Positions 42,796-56,870 of a stretch of DNA of 64,000 nucleotides are shown one piece after another. Below the pieces are notes generated by a model that made no database searches, was not told where the DNA came from, and was given only the letters and a program-made list of their open reading frames with translations. Source of the DNA: Zetaproteobacteria bacterium (GTDB taxonomy: Bacteria > Pseudomonadota > Zetaproteobacteria > Mariprofundales > J009); assembly GCA_003696765.1 (NCBI GenBank), contig RFFX01000050.1, positions 12,894 to 76,893 of the forward strand, written 5' to 3'. Each line of letters opens with the position of its first letter. Position 1 is the stretch's first letter. A program made the position numbers and the translations under genes.

Positions 42796-43593
42796 ATGGC
42801 CAAGCGTCAGCCCAAGCCGGCACCGGTCCCCCCGCCGAAGGATCTCTCCGCCGGGCTCTTCCTCGAACTGATGATGCAGATGCTCGCCTTCTTCATCATG
42901 CTGGTCTCGATGGCGGTGATCGTCGACGAGAAGCGTCTGGCGGCCCTCGGCTCGCTCGCCGGCACCTTCAGCCCGCTGCCGCGCGGCATGAACGTCAACA
43001 AGGGGGAGGGGCCGGGCATCCCGGTCAAGGAGATCATCAAGGGACAGACCGCCCCCAAGCGCACCGCCAAGGCGCTGACCAACATCGCCAGGGAGCTGGG
43101 TGGCAAGGGGGCCGTCCATGTCCTGCCGCTGGACAAGCGACGGGTGATGGTCCGCTTCCCCGAGCACATCGCCTTCGCCCCCGGCCAGGTGGAGTTGTCG
43201 CCCAAGGTGCTGCCCTTCATCGACAAGCTGGCCAAAGAGTTCCAACGACCGGAGATCATCTCCATCCGCATCGAAGGGCACACCGACGACACGCCGGTCA
43301 ACACCGACCTCTACCCGTCGAACTGGGAGCTGTCGGCGGCGCGGGCGATGAACGTCTTCCTCCGCCTGGCCGACAAGGGGGTGCCGCGCGGGCTGATGGT
43401 GGTCGCCGGCATGGGGGACCAACATCCGATCGCCGGCCACCCCGAGCTCGACCGCCGGGTGGACATCATCCTCACCTTCCGCCCGGTGACCGACAAGGAG
43501 GCGGAGGGGGCGATCACCCACAAGACCCCCGATGCGCAGACCGCAAGCGACATGAAGCCGAAGATCAAGCCGGTGCGTATCGGGCAGTTCTGA
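42796..43593 (+). CDS. MotB-like stator protein with Glu in place of the conserved TM Asp; OmpA-like C-terminal domain
   Basis: The TM segment GLFLELMMQMLAFFIMLVSM aligns residue for residue with TTFADLVSLMLTFFILLLSM of the next gene (E versus D). OmpA-like region: IRIEGHTDDTPVNTDLYPSNWELSAARAMNVFLRL...DRRVDIIL. Confidence 0.8.
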   Translation: MAKRQPKPAPVPPPKDLSAGLFLELMMQMLAFFIMLVSMAVIVDEKRLAALGSLAGTFSPLPRGMNVNKGEGPGIPVKEIIKGQTAPKRTAKALTNIARELGGKGAVHVLPLDKRRVMVRFPEHIAFAPGQVELSPKVLPFIDKLAKEFQRPEIISIRIEGHTDDTPVNTDLYPSNWELSAARAMNVFLRLADKGVPRGLMVVAGMGDQHPIAGHPELDRRVDIILTFRPVTDKEAEGAITHKTPDAQTASDMKPKIKPVRIGQF

Positions 43594-43746
43594 CGGCGTC
43601 GCAAGAAGCCGGCAGCCGCGGCGTCGGCGTGCGGCGCGAAAGCGGAGGTTGCAGACGCAACCGACGGTCTTGTAAGGGGATCGAAGACCGCGCTCTTCAA
43701 TCCCCGTCGAGCAAAACGTCCATGGAGGGACGTCTTGCGATTCGTT
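43591..43746 (+). repeat. Mosaic repeat, full copy between the two motB paralogues
   Basis: Reads TGACGGCgTCgcaaGAaGCCGgCAgCCGCGgCgtcggcgtGCgGCGcgaaagcggaGGTTGCagacGCAACCgacggtcttgtaaGGGGATCGAAGAccgcgcTCTTCaATCCCCgtcgaGCAAAAcGTCCatggagGGACgTcTTGCgattcg. The motB-like TGA is its first 3 nt. Confidence 0.88.
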
Positions 43747-43820
43747 CAGTTCCGATGGTTTCGCCAAAAACTTGCATCGCATGCGGCCGGGCGGCGGCGC
43801 GGCCGGCACGGAGCTAGCCG

Positions 43821-44525
43821 ATGGCCAGACGCAGAAGGCCCCCCGAACCCGAGGTCCTGCCCGACACCGAAGGGTGGATGACCACCTTCGCCGACCTGGT
43901 CAGCCTGATGCTCACCTTCTTCATCCTGCTGCTGTCGATGTCTTCGCTCGACAAGACCGGGCTGAAGGATATCGCCAGCTTCTTCCAGAACGCGGTCTCG
44001 ATCATGAATCCGGGAGCGGGTACCGAAGTGGACATCGTCCCGCCGCTGCAGCTCAACAAGAAGGCCTCGCCCGAGGAGCTGGCCCTGGCCATGCGGCAGA
44101 ACGCCCATGCGGTGCTGGCCAACAGCGCGCTGCGCCACAAGGTCAAGGGCATCATCGTACGCAACAAGCTCTACCTGCGGATCAAGGATGCCGTCCTCTT
44201 CGATCCCGGCTCCGCCCGGCTCAAGCCGGAGACCAGCACGGCGCTCAAGCGGCTGGCCAAGATGCTGGTCGCCGCCCCCGGGCGGATCGAGATCAACGGC
44301 CACGCCAGTCGGGATAGCGCCGAGGCGAGCGGCCGCTACCCCGATCCCTGGAGTTTGACCCTGGCACGCGCCGCCGCAGTGTTGCATCTCTTCGAGCAGG
44401 AGGGGGTCAACCCCGCCCGCATGTCGATCGCCGGCTACGGCCCGTCGAAGCCGGTATCGACCGACGCCACCCCCTTCGGCCGGGACAAGAACCGCAGGGT
44501 GGAGATCGTGGTCTATCGGGATTGA
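43821..44525 (+). CDS. motB: Flagellar stator protein MotB (canonical Asp)
   Basis: EGWMTTFADLVSLMLTFFILLLSMS, the canonical MotB plug/TM with the conserved Asp. OmpA-like region IEINGHASRD...WSLTLARAAAVLHLF...NRRVEIVV. An SD GGAG precedes the ATG. Confidence 0.9.
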   Translation: MARRRRPPEPEVLPDTEGWMTTFADLVSLMLTFFILLLSMSSLDKTGLKDIASFFQNAVSIMNPGAGTEVDIVPPLQLNKKASPEELALAMRQNAHAVLANSALRHKVKGIIVRNKLYLRIKDAVLFDPGSARLKPETSTALKRLAKMLVAAPGRIEINGHASRDSAEASGRYPDPWSLTLARAAAVLHLFEQEGVNPARMSIAGYGPSKPVSTDATPFGRDKNRRVEIVVYRD

Positions 44526-44647
44526 TCCTGCAGGCTGCGATCGCGTGGCGAACGGCTTCCGATCGTGCCCGGCCCCGCAAGGAGCCGGCATCGTCGAGCC
44601 GTCCGGCGGCGATCCAACATAGAACCTAAGACGTAGAGGAGTATTCG

Positions 44648-45166
44648 ATGGCGGACGAAGAGGCTGGTGAGAAGAAGTCGGGCGGCATCCTGCCGCTGAT
44701 CAACATGGTGCTGCTGGTGCTGGTGCTCGCCGTCGGCGGCTTCATCGCCTGGAAGGTGATGCAACTGGAGCAGTCGACCAGCGCGCCGGCCGGGAAGGCG
44801 CCTGCGCAGACCGAGGACACCACCCTGCCGGAGGCCGAGGCCGACAGCGAAAACCCCGACGCCCCGCCGATCTTCATCGACATGGAGGACATCACCGTCA
44901 ACCTGGCCGATACCGACAACTCCCGCTTCCTGCGGGCCAAGATCAAGCTCGAGGTGCGCAACGAGGAGGCCAAGGCCAAGGTGGAGGCGGCGATGATCAA
45001 GATCAACGATCTCGTGATCACCGATTTGACCAGCAAGACCTTCAAGGAGATCCGCACCCCGCAGGGCAAATACAAGCTCAAGGAGGAGCTGGTCTACCGC
45101 ATCAACCAGCTGCTCGGCGGCAAACCGGTGAAGGGGCTCTACTTCACCGAGTTCGTCTCGCAGTAG
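44648..45166 (+). CDS. fliL: Flagellar basal body-associated protein FliL
   Basis: N-terminal TM ILPLINMVLLVLVLAVGGFIAW, then ...ITVNLADTDNSRFLRAKIKLEVRNEEAKAKVEAAMIKINDLVITDLTSKTFKEIRTPQGKYKLKEEL...YFTEFVSQ. Confidence 0.9.
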   Translation: MADEEAGEKKSGGILPLINMVLLVLVLAVGGFIAWKVMQLEQSTSAPAGKAPAQTEDTTLPEAEADSENPDAPPIFIDMEDITVNLADTDNSRFLRAKIKLEVRNEEAKAKVEAAMIKINDLVITDLTSKTFKEIRTPQGKYKLKEELVYRINQLLGGKPVKGLYFTEFVSQ

Positions 45167-45173
45167 CACGGCG

Positions 45174-46220
45174 ATGGACGAGACTCCGCGGCAACCCGGC
45201 GAGGGGCGCAAGCGCGAGGGGGCGATCCTCGAACCGGAGGAGATCGAGGCGCTGATGGCCGCGGTCGGGACCGAAGAGACGGTGGAGGCGCTCTTCTCCA
45301 CACTCAAGCCGATCCCGCAGCCGGAACACGTCGAGCCCTTCACCTTCCTCTCCGACGACGAGGGCGGCCCGCAGCGCTACCCGCTCTTCGTCAACCTGCA
45401 GGAGCGTTTCGGCGAGAACATCAAGGATCTGATGTCCGATCTGTTCCAGCGCGAGATCAGCGTCGTCTTCCTCAACATGCAGCAACAGATCTACCGCGAG
45501 ATCATCCGCAACGAGCGGCCGCAGGTCTTCTTCGCCTTCGAGGTGGCCGGCCTCGGCCGGATGCTGATCGGCGCCGATCTGGGGCTGGTCGTCGCCACGG
45601 TCGATGCCATGCTCGGCGGCGAGGGGGAAGTGCTCAAGGGGGGGAACCACGAGCTCACCCTCTCCCCGGTGGAGCACAAGGTCTCCGAGCGGATCGCCAA
45701 CCTGATCGCCCGCCAGCTGGAGATGCTCTGGCTGCCGGTGCGGCGGATGGAGTACCGCCTGTTCAAGATCGACACCGATCCGCAGTTCCTCGCCGTCGCC
45801 GGCTCCAACGACGCCTGTTTCACCGTCGAGTTCGCCATCCAGTGGACGGAGGAGGACAAGGGGTTCATCGAGCTCCACTACCCACGCGCCTTCCTCGAGC
45901 CGATGATGGAGACGCTGCGGGCCGCGGTCAGCGAGGAGCCTGTCGCCGAGGACGAGGAGTGGAAGGAGCAGCTCGAGGAGAGCCTGCAGACCATCCCGGT
46001 GCGGGTGCAGCTCAACCTCGGCTACTGCACCATGACCGTCGGCCAGTTCCTCGCGCTCAAGGCGGGCGACTTCCTCCCTTGCACCATGCAGGAGTCGGAC
46101 CCGGCCATCCTCTGCGTCGAGCGGCTGCCGCTCTTCCACGCCCGCCCCGGCGAGCGAAACGGGGTATTGGCAGCGGAGTTGCTGGACGCCATCGATCTCA
46201 GTGAAGGGGCAACACCATGA
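45174..46220 (+). CDS. fliM: Flagellar motor switch protein FliM
   Basis: N-terminal CheY-P-binding-like LEPEEIEALM, a middle domain, and the C-terminal SpoA-like IPVRVQLNLGYCTMTVGQFLALKAGDFLPC. Confidence 0.93.
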   Translation: MDETPRQPGEGRKREGAILEPEEIEALMAAVGTEETVEALFSTLKPIPQPEHVEPFTFLSDDEGGPQRYPLFVNLQERFGENIKDLMSDLFQREISVVFLNMQQQIYREIIRNERPQVFFAFEVAGLGRMLIGADLGLVVATVDAMLGGEGEVLKGGNHELTLSPVEHKVSERIANLIARQLEMLWLPVRRMEYRLFKIDTDPQFLAVAGSNDACFTVEFAIQWTEEDKGFIELHYPRAFLEPMMETLRAAVSEEPVAEDEEWKEQLEESLQTIPVRVQLNLGYCTMTVGQFLALKAGDFLPCTMQESDPAILCVERLPLFHARPGERNGVLAAELLDAIDLSEGATP

Positions 46221-46528
46221 GCGACGAGTTGGAACAGGAGAAGGGCGGCATGGAGCCGGTCGCGGGCAAGCCGAACCTGGAGGCGATCATGCATGTGCCG
46301 CTGGAGGTGAGCGTCGAGCTGGCGCGCATCACCCTGCCGCTGCACAACGTCGCCCGGCTCCACCGCGGCATGGTGGTGGAGCTGGACAAGGATGCCAACG
46401 CCGAGGTGGACATCCTGGCCAACGGCATGGTCTTCGCCCGCGGCGAGGTGGTCTCCATCGACGGCAAACTGGGCGTACGGGTGATCGAGGTGGTACCGCC
46501 GAGCGAGCGAATCCGCTCCCTCGGCTGA
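46217..46528 (+). CDS. fliN: Flagellar motor switch protein FliN
   Basis: NLEAIMHVPLEVSVELARITLPLHNVARLHRGMVVELDKDANAEVDILANGMVFARGEVVSIDGKLGVRVIEV is the SpoA fold. Its start forms an ATGA overlap with fliM. Confidence 0.93.
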   Translation: MSDELEQEKGGMEPVAGKPNLEAIMHVPLEVSVELARITLPLHNVARLHRGMVVELDKDANAEVDILANGMVFARGEVVSIDGKLGVRVIEVVPPSERIRSLG

Positions 46529-46547
46529 GGGCGGGGGGCGCGGCCCG

Positions 46548-46856
46548 ATGACGGCGCTGGTGGTGCGGTCGGTCAGCGCGCTGGCCATGGTGCTGGCGCT
46601 CTTCGCCGGCCTGGTCTGGCTGCTGCGCCGCATCCAGCACCGCGGCGGCGCCCTCTCCCGCGGCGATGCCATCCGCGTGCGGCAGCGGACCGTGATCGGC
46701 GGGCGCCATGCGCTGGTCGAGGTGGAGTACGGCGACGAACGGCTGCTGCTCGGGGTGAGCCCCGAGCGGATCACCCCCCTGGCGCGCCGCGGAAGGCCGA
46801 CCTCGCCGCCTGCCGCCGGCGATCCGCCGACGAAGGCAGGGGATGCGCCGTCATGA
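46548..46856 (+). CDS. fliO: Flagellar biosynthesis protein FliO
   Basis: Single TM segment (SALAMVLALFAGLVWLLRRI) followed by IRVRQRTVIGGRHALVEVEYGDERLLLGVSPERITPL. It lies immediately upstream of, and overlaps, fliP. Confidence 0.75.
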   Translation: MTALVVRSVSALAMVLALFAGLVWLLRRIQHRGGALSRGDAIRVRQRTVIGGRHALVEVEYGDERLLLGVSPERITPLARRGRPTSPPAAGDPPTKAGDAPS

Positions 46857-47599
46857 TCGGGCGCCTGCCGCTCCTGCTCGCCCTCCTGTTGCTGGCGCCA
46901 CAGATCGCCGCCGCCGCCGATCTGCCCACCATCTCGCTCTCACTGGGGGAGTCGGGCGACCCCGAGGAGTGGTTCAACGGGCTGAAGATCATCGCCCTGC
47001 TCACCATCCTCACCCTCTCGCCGTCGATCCTGATCATGATGACCTCCTTCACCCGCATCCTGATCGTGCTCGGCTTCCTCCGGCAGGCGCTCGGCACCCA
47101 GCAGTCGCCGCCGGCGCAGGTGCTGGTCGGCCTGTCGCTCTTCATGACCGCCTTCATCATGATGCCGGTGTGGCACCAGATCGACAGGAACGCCCTCACC
47201 CCCTACCTCAACCGCGAGATCAGCCAGCAGGAGGCCTTCGAGCGGGCGAAGAGGCCGCTGCGCACCTTCATGCTGCGTCAGACGCGGGAGAAGGATCTGC
47301 TCCTCTTCCTCCACGCGGCCAGGCTGAAGAAGCCGAAACGGGCGGAGGAGACCCCCTTCCACGTCGTCGTGCCCGCCTTCGTCATCAGCGAGCTGCGCAC
47401 CGCCTTCGAGATCGGCTTCCTGATCTACATCCCCTTCGTCGTGCTCGACATGGTGGTCGCCTCGGTGCTGATGAGCATGGGCATGATGATGCTGCCGCCG
47501 GTGATGATCTCGCTCCCCTTCAAGATCATCCTCTTCGTCCTGGTCGACGGCTGGCACCTGGTGGCCGAACAGCTGATCGACAGCTTCAAGATGGGATGA
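46853..47599 (+). CDS. fliP: Flagellar export gate protein FliP
   Basis: Signal peptide, then ...LTILTLSPSILIMMTSFTRILIVLGFLRQALGTQQSPPAQVLVGLSLFMTAFIMMPV..., FVISELRTAFEIGFLIYIPFVVLDMVVASVLMSMGMMMLPP. Confidence 0.95.
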   Translation: MIGRLPLLLALLLLAPQIAAAADLPTISLSLGESGDPEEWFNGLKIIALLTILTLSPSILIMMTSFTRILIVLGFLRQALGTQQSPPAQVLVGLSLFMTAFIMMPVWHQIDRNALTPYLNREISQQEAFERAKRPLRTFMLRQTREKDLLLFLHAARLKKPKRAEETPFHVVVPAFVISELRTAFEIGFLIYIPFVVLDMVVASVLMSMGMMMLPPVMISLPFKIILFVLVDGWHLVAEQLIDSFKMG

Positions 47600-47770
47600 C
47601 GGCTTCGCAAGAAACCATCATCGCGACCATGGAGGGTCGCGCAGATCCGAAGGTTGCGTATGCAACCGACGGATTTGTAAGGCGATCGAAGACCGCGCGC
47701 TTCGATCGCCGTCAAGCAAAAGTCCACGGACGGACTTTTTGCGATTTGATCATGGATGGACTTTTTGCGA
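47596..47770 (+). repeat. Mosaic repeat, full copy plus an extra half A-module
   Basis: Reads aTGACGGcTTCgcaaGAAACCATCATCGCGACCatggagGGTCGCGcagatccgaaGGTTGCgtatGCAACCgacggatttgtaaGGCGATCGAAGAccgcgcgcTTCGATCGCCgtcaaGCAAAAGTCCacggacGGACTTTTTGCgatttgatcatggatGGACTTTTTGCgaag. It spans the whole fliP-nadE gap. Confidence 0.9.
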
Positions 47771-47777
47771 AGTCGAC

Positions 47778-49755
<1,978 letters not shown>

Positions 49756-49760
49756 ACGCC

Positions 49761-49780
49761 ATCCGACAACCCCGTCGGAT
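49761..49780. terminator. Short hairpin between the convergent glnB and receiver genes (possible bidirectional terminator)
   Basis: ATCCGAC-aacccc-GTCGGAT sits in the 28-nt gap between the two stop codons. There is no clear T-tract, so confidence is low. Confidence 0.25.
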
Positions 49781-49783
49781 CCC

Positions 49784-50161
49784 CTACCGGCGGCCCCCCT
49801 CCTCCAGCGCCCGCGCCACCCCATCGAGCAGCTCGTCGAAATCGATCGGCTTGGTGATGAAGCCGTCGAACCCCTCGCGCAGGATGCGCTCGCGCTCACC
49901 GACCATCACCGAGGCGGTCAGCGCCAGGATGGGAATCGAGCGGGTCGCCGCATCCGCCTTGAGCCTGCGCGTCGCCTCCACCCCATCCATCACCGGCATG
50001 CGCAGATCCATCAGGATCAGATCCGGCCGCCGCCGGGCGACGAACTCCAGCGCCTGCTGCCCATTCTCGGCCTGCGCCACCTCGTACTCCTCCAGCGTGA
50101 GCAGCTCCGCCGCCAGATCCCGATTGCTCGGCACATCGTCCACGATCAAGATCAACGCCAT
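49784..50161 (-). CDS. Stand-alone CheY-like response regulator receiver
   Basis: MALILIVDDVPSNRDLAAELL...PDLILMDLRMPVMDGVEATRRLK...PILALTASVM...GFDGFITKPI. All receiver signature residues (DD, D, T, K) are present. Confidence 0.9.
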   Translation of the reverse strand: MALILIVDDVPSNRDLAAELLTLEEYEVAQAENGQQALEFVARRRPDLILMDLRMPVMDGVEATRRLKADAATRSIPILALTASVMVGERERILREGFDGFITKPIDFDELLDGVARALEEGGRR

Positions 50162-50228
50162 ACCACCTCCTCCTTATCCCGAAACAACTCGTGCACACCG
50201 CCGGCCTCACCAGAAGCCGACATCCACC

Positions 50229-53705
<3,477 letters not shown>

Positions 53706-53763
53706 CGCACCCCCTTTCCGGCCGACGGCGGCAGGCCGCCCGCCCCGTACCCGGGATGATCCC

Positions 53764-53795
53764 CCGCAACACGTCCGTCCACAGACCTGTTGCGG
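53764..53795 (-). repeat. Variant solo A-type hairpin
   Basis: Reads CCGCAACAcgtccgtccacagaccTGTTGCGG. It shares the cgtccgtcc core of module A and lies between the two kinase genes. Confidence 0.4.
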
Positions 53796-53808
53796 TCCGA
53801 TCGGGATC

Positions 53809-55686
53809 TCAACCCCGCCCGGCGATCACCTCACGAATGGTACGGTCCAGCCGGTCGAAGCGGAAGGGCTTGCTCAGCACCGGAATATCGGCCAGCGCCG
53901 CGTCACGCCCCTGGAAGAGCCGCTCCTTGTCGTAGCCGGTGGCGAAGAGGATCGGCTGATCGGGCGCCACCTCGCGGATCATGGCGGCCAGCCGCAAGCC
54001 GTCGATGTGGGGCATCACCACGTCGAGCAGCACCAGATCGTACCCGCCCGCCCGGCCGCGGTAGAGCGCCCACGCCTCCTCGCCGTCGGCCGCGGTGCAC
54101 ACCCGGTAGCCCATCTCCTCCAGCACCTCGGCCGTACTGGCGCGTACGCCAGGGTTGTCGTCGGCCAGCAGGATCAGCGGCGCGGCGGCCATGCGCGCCT
54201 CCCCGACCGCACCCGCCTCCGCCTCCCGCGCCGGACACTCCCCTCCGGCGTCGTGGCCGACCAATGGCAGGTAGATGTGGAAGGCGGTGCCGAGGTTGCT
54301 CCGGCTCTCCACCTCGATGATGCCGCCGTGGCTCTGGACGGCGCCGTAAACCATGGAGAGGCCGAGCCCGGTCCCCTTTCCCTCCTCCTTGGTGGTGAAG
54401 AAGGGGTCGAAGATCTGATTGAGCAGCTCGGCGGGGATGCCGATGCCGTTGTCGCGCACCGTCAGATGGACGAACCAGGCCCCCTCCCCCACCCGGTGAG
54501 GATGACGGGCGCGGAAGTCGTCGTCCGGCTCGTAGCAGGCCAGCACCACCTCGATCTCCGGCCGCTCCCGCCCGGCGACGGCGTCGCGCGCGTTGTTGAG
54601 CAGGTTCATCACCACCTGCTGCAGTTGGGTGGCGTCGCCGCGGACGACCAACTGTTCGGCCGGGATGGTGTAGCGGAAGCAGACGTTCTCCGGGATGGCC
54701 ACCCGGGCCAGCTTGACCGCCTCCTTGAGGAAGGAGGTGAAGGGGATCTCCTGCATCTCCACCACCCCCTTGCGGGCGAAGGCGAGCAGCTGGGCGATCA
54801 TCTCGCCGGCGCGGGCGCAGATCGCCTCCATCTGGGCGATGCGGTTGTAGCAGGGATCCCGTTTGTCGATCCGGTTGGCGAGCAGGTAGAGGTTGCCCGA
54901 GAGCCCGGCGAGCATGTTGTTGAAGTCATGGGCGATGCCGCCGACCAGCGTGCCGATCGACTCCATCTTGGAGGATTGGCGCAACTGCTCCTCCAGCAAC
55001 TCCTGCCGGCTGATGTCGGAGAAGACGCCGACCAGATGGGACGGCCTACCGCTGCGGTCGTAGACGGTGGTGATCGAGAGATGTTCGGGGTAGATATCGC
55101 CGTTCTTGCGCCGGTTCCACAGCTTGCCCGACCAGCGCCCCTCCTCGCGGATGGCGCGCCACATCTCGCGGTAGAAGGCGGTATCCTGCCGCCCCGACTT
55201 GAGGATCGCCGGCGTCTTGCCGATCGCCTCCTCGGCGCTGTAACCGGTCACCGTGCAGAAGGCCGGGTTGACCTGGATGATCACCCCGTTGGGGTCGGTG
55301 ACGATCACCCCGTCCTGGGTGTTCTCCACCACCTCGGAGGCGAGACGCAGCCGCTCCTCCAGCTCGCTGCGGCTGAGCGACTCGCGGAAGGCCAGCCCGT
55401 AGCTCATCAGGATCTCGGAGAGGATGCGGCTGCCGGTGGTGAGCAGCGTCCGGCAGTCATGGTCGGGCAGACGCTCGCGCAGCGCGATCATGGCGCAATG
55501 GTGCATGTCGGCGATCTGCTCCGGCGGCACCCGAGCCGCCACCATCTCGCGGCCGAACTGCTGCGCCTGGTGGAGCAGCGCCTCGTCGCCGCCGGCGCTG
55601 TAATCGGTGAGCAGTGCGAGGTAGCGCTTGCGCAGGGTGTCCGGGCTCAAACCGGACCGGCCGGGCCCAGGAACCGCATGACCCAT
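53809..55686 (-). CDS. Hybrid sensor histidine kinase with an N-terminal RsbU_N-like domain, PAS, HisKA, HATPase_c and receiver
   Basis: The N-terminus LRKRYLALLTDYSAGGDEALLHQAQQFGREMVAARVPPEQIADMHHCAM...ILSEILMSYGLAFRE parallels the B. subtilis RsbU N-terminal domain (YQAQKFSRKTIEHQIPPEEIISIH...FLIEVMIGYGMAYQE). PAS VVENTQDGVIVTDPNGVIIQVNPAFCTVTGYSAEEAIGK. H-box GGIAHDFNNML. Receiver LILLADDNPGVR...LVLLDVVMPHIDG. Confidence 0.9.
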   Translation of the reverse strand: MGHAVPGPGRSGLSPDTLRKRYLALLTDYSAGGDEALLHQAQQFGREMVAARVPPEQIADMHHCAMIALRERLPDHDCRTLLTTGSRILSEILMSYGLAFRESLSRSELEERLRLASEVVENTQDGVIVTDPNGVIIQVNPAFCTVTGYSAEEAIGKTPAILKSGRQDTAFYREMWRAIREEGRWSGKLWNRRKNGDIYPEHLSITTVYDRSGRPSHLVGVFSDISRQELLEEQLRQSSKMESIGTLVGGIAHDFNNMLAGLSGNLYLLANRIDKRDPCYNRIAQMEAICARAGEMIAQLLAFARKGVVEMQEIPFTSFLKEAVKLARVAIPENVCFRYTIPAEQLVVRGDATQLQQVVMNLLNNARDAVAGRERPEIEVVLACYEPDDDFRARHPHRVGEGAWFVHLTVRDNGIGIPAELLNQIFDPFFTTKEEGKGTGLGLSMVYGAVQSHGGIIEVESRSNLGTAFHIYLPLVGHDAGGECPAREAEAGAVGEARMAAAPLILLADDNPGVRASTAEVLEEMGYRVCTAADGEEAWALYRGRAGGYDLVLLDVVMPHIDGLRLAAMIREVAPDQPILFATGYDKERLFQGRDAALADIPVLSKPFRFDRLDRTIREVIAGRG

Positions 55687-55919
55687 CTCCTTGATCTATA
55701 AGTATAAAATATGGGGAGGGCAGACCATACCATGAGAGAGGAGTTCGATCCCGCAGAGGCCATCGACCATCCCCGCAGGAACGGATAGCTGCCCGCGAAT
55801 CGAGCGGGCCCCTCCCGTGTAGGCACCGGCGATGGCGCCCAACCACCGCCGGCATCGTTCGGGGAACGGAGGCCCCTGCTACGATTGCGCCTCGCCACCG
55901 CCTGCAAGCCCGTAACGAC

Positions 55920-56870
55920 TCAGTGGAAGGTGAACCGCTCCCGGGTGAAGAGCCGGTCGCAGATCTCCACCACCCGCGGATCGAAGCGGCTGCCGCTCCC
56001 CTTGCGGATCTCCTCCAGCGCGGTGGCGATGTCCAGCGCCGCCCGGTAGGGGCGCTGCGAGATCATCGCCTCCACCGTGTCGGCCACCGAGATGATGCGC
56101 GACTCGAGCAGGATCTCCTCACCCGCAAGCCCCAGGGGATACCCCTTCCCGTCGAGCCGCTCGTGGTGCTGGCGGGCGATCTCGGCGATCGGCCAGGGCG
56201 AGTCGATATCCTTGAGCATGTCGTAGCTCACCTGCGGATGGGCCCGCACCAGGTCGATCTCCTCCGGCGCCAGCTTGCCCGGCCGGGCCAGCGTCTCCGG
56301 CGGCACCCGCATCATGCCGACGTCGTGCAGCGAGGCGGCCACCCGCAGCCCCTCGAGCCGATCCTCGTCCAGCCCCAGCCGCTCGGCGATGGCCACGGCC
56401 AGTTGCGCCACCCGCCGCTGATGGGCGACGGCGAGCACATCCTTGCTCTCCTGCAGGGAGTTGATCGCCTCCAGCGTGTCGCCCAGGGCATGCTTGAGCT
56501 TCCTATAGTTGCGCCGCAGCGTCTCATCGGCCTCCACCCGGGCGTGCAGTGCGCGGAAGGCGGCGCCGAAGGCGGCCATCACCTCCATCAGGAAGCGGTC
56601 GGACTCCATAGCATCGGCATCTTCCACCATGCGCAGCGCCCGCATGTGGAACATCATCGCCTCCTCCGGCGAGAGGCGGCTGCGCACCATCTCCTTGCCC
56701 ATCTCGTAGGCGGCGAGCAGCGACGCCTCGCCCGGGGAGTCGAGATGGGCGCGCAACTGCGCGCCGTAGCGGGAGGCCATCTCCTCCAGCAGACGGGCGT
56801 GGGGAAGCTCCGTGCCGTGTTCGCGCACCACGATCGGCCAGAGCGCCGAACGGCGCATCCGCCTGCTCAT
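55920..56870 (-). CDS. HD-GYP domain protein (putative c-di-GMP phosphodiesterase) with an N-terminal RsbU_N-like domain
   Basis: The N-terminus LLAAYEMGKEMVRSRLSPEEAMMFHMRAL...FLMEVMAAFGAAFRA is RsbU_N-like. The HD-GYP core reads AASLHDVGMMRVP...HHERLDGKGYPLGL. The ATG at 56870 forms an ATGA overlap with the upstream gene. Confidence 0.88.
   Translation of the reverse strand: MSRRMRRSALWPIVVREHGTELPHARLLEEMASRYGAQLRAHLDSPGEASLLAAYEMGKEMVRSRLSPEEAMMFHMRALRMVEDADAMESDRFLMEVMAAFGAAFRALHARVEADETLRRNYRKLKHALGDTLEAINSLQESKDVLAVAHQRRVAQLAVAIAERLGLDEDRLEGLRVAASLHDVGMMRVPPETLARPGKLAPEEIDLVRAHPQVSYDMLKDIDSPWPIAEIARQHHERLDGKGYPLGLAGEEILLESRIISVADTVEAMISQRPYRAALDIATALEEIRKGSGSRFDPRVVEICDRLFTRERFTFH

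Noticed and set aside
44546-44560. TGGCGAACGGCTTCC upstream of fliL as a fifth sigma-54 promoter
   Set aside because: The -12 element reads TTCC, not TTGC, so the invariant GC is missing. It is kept out of the feature list.
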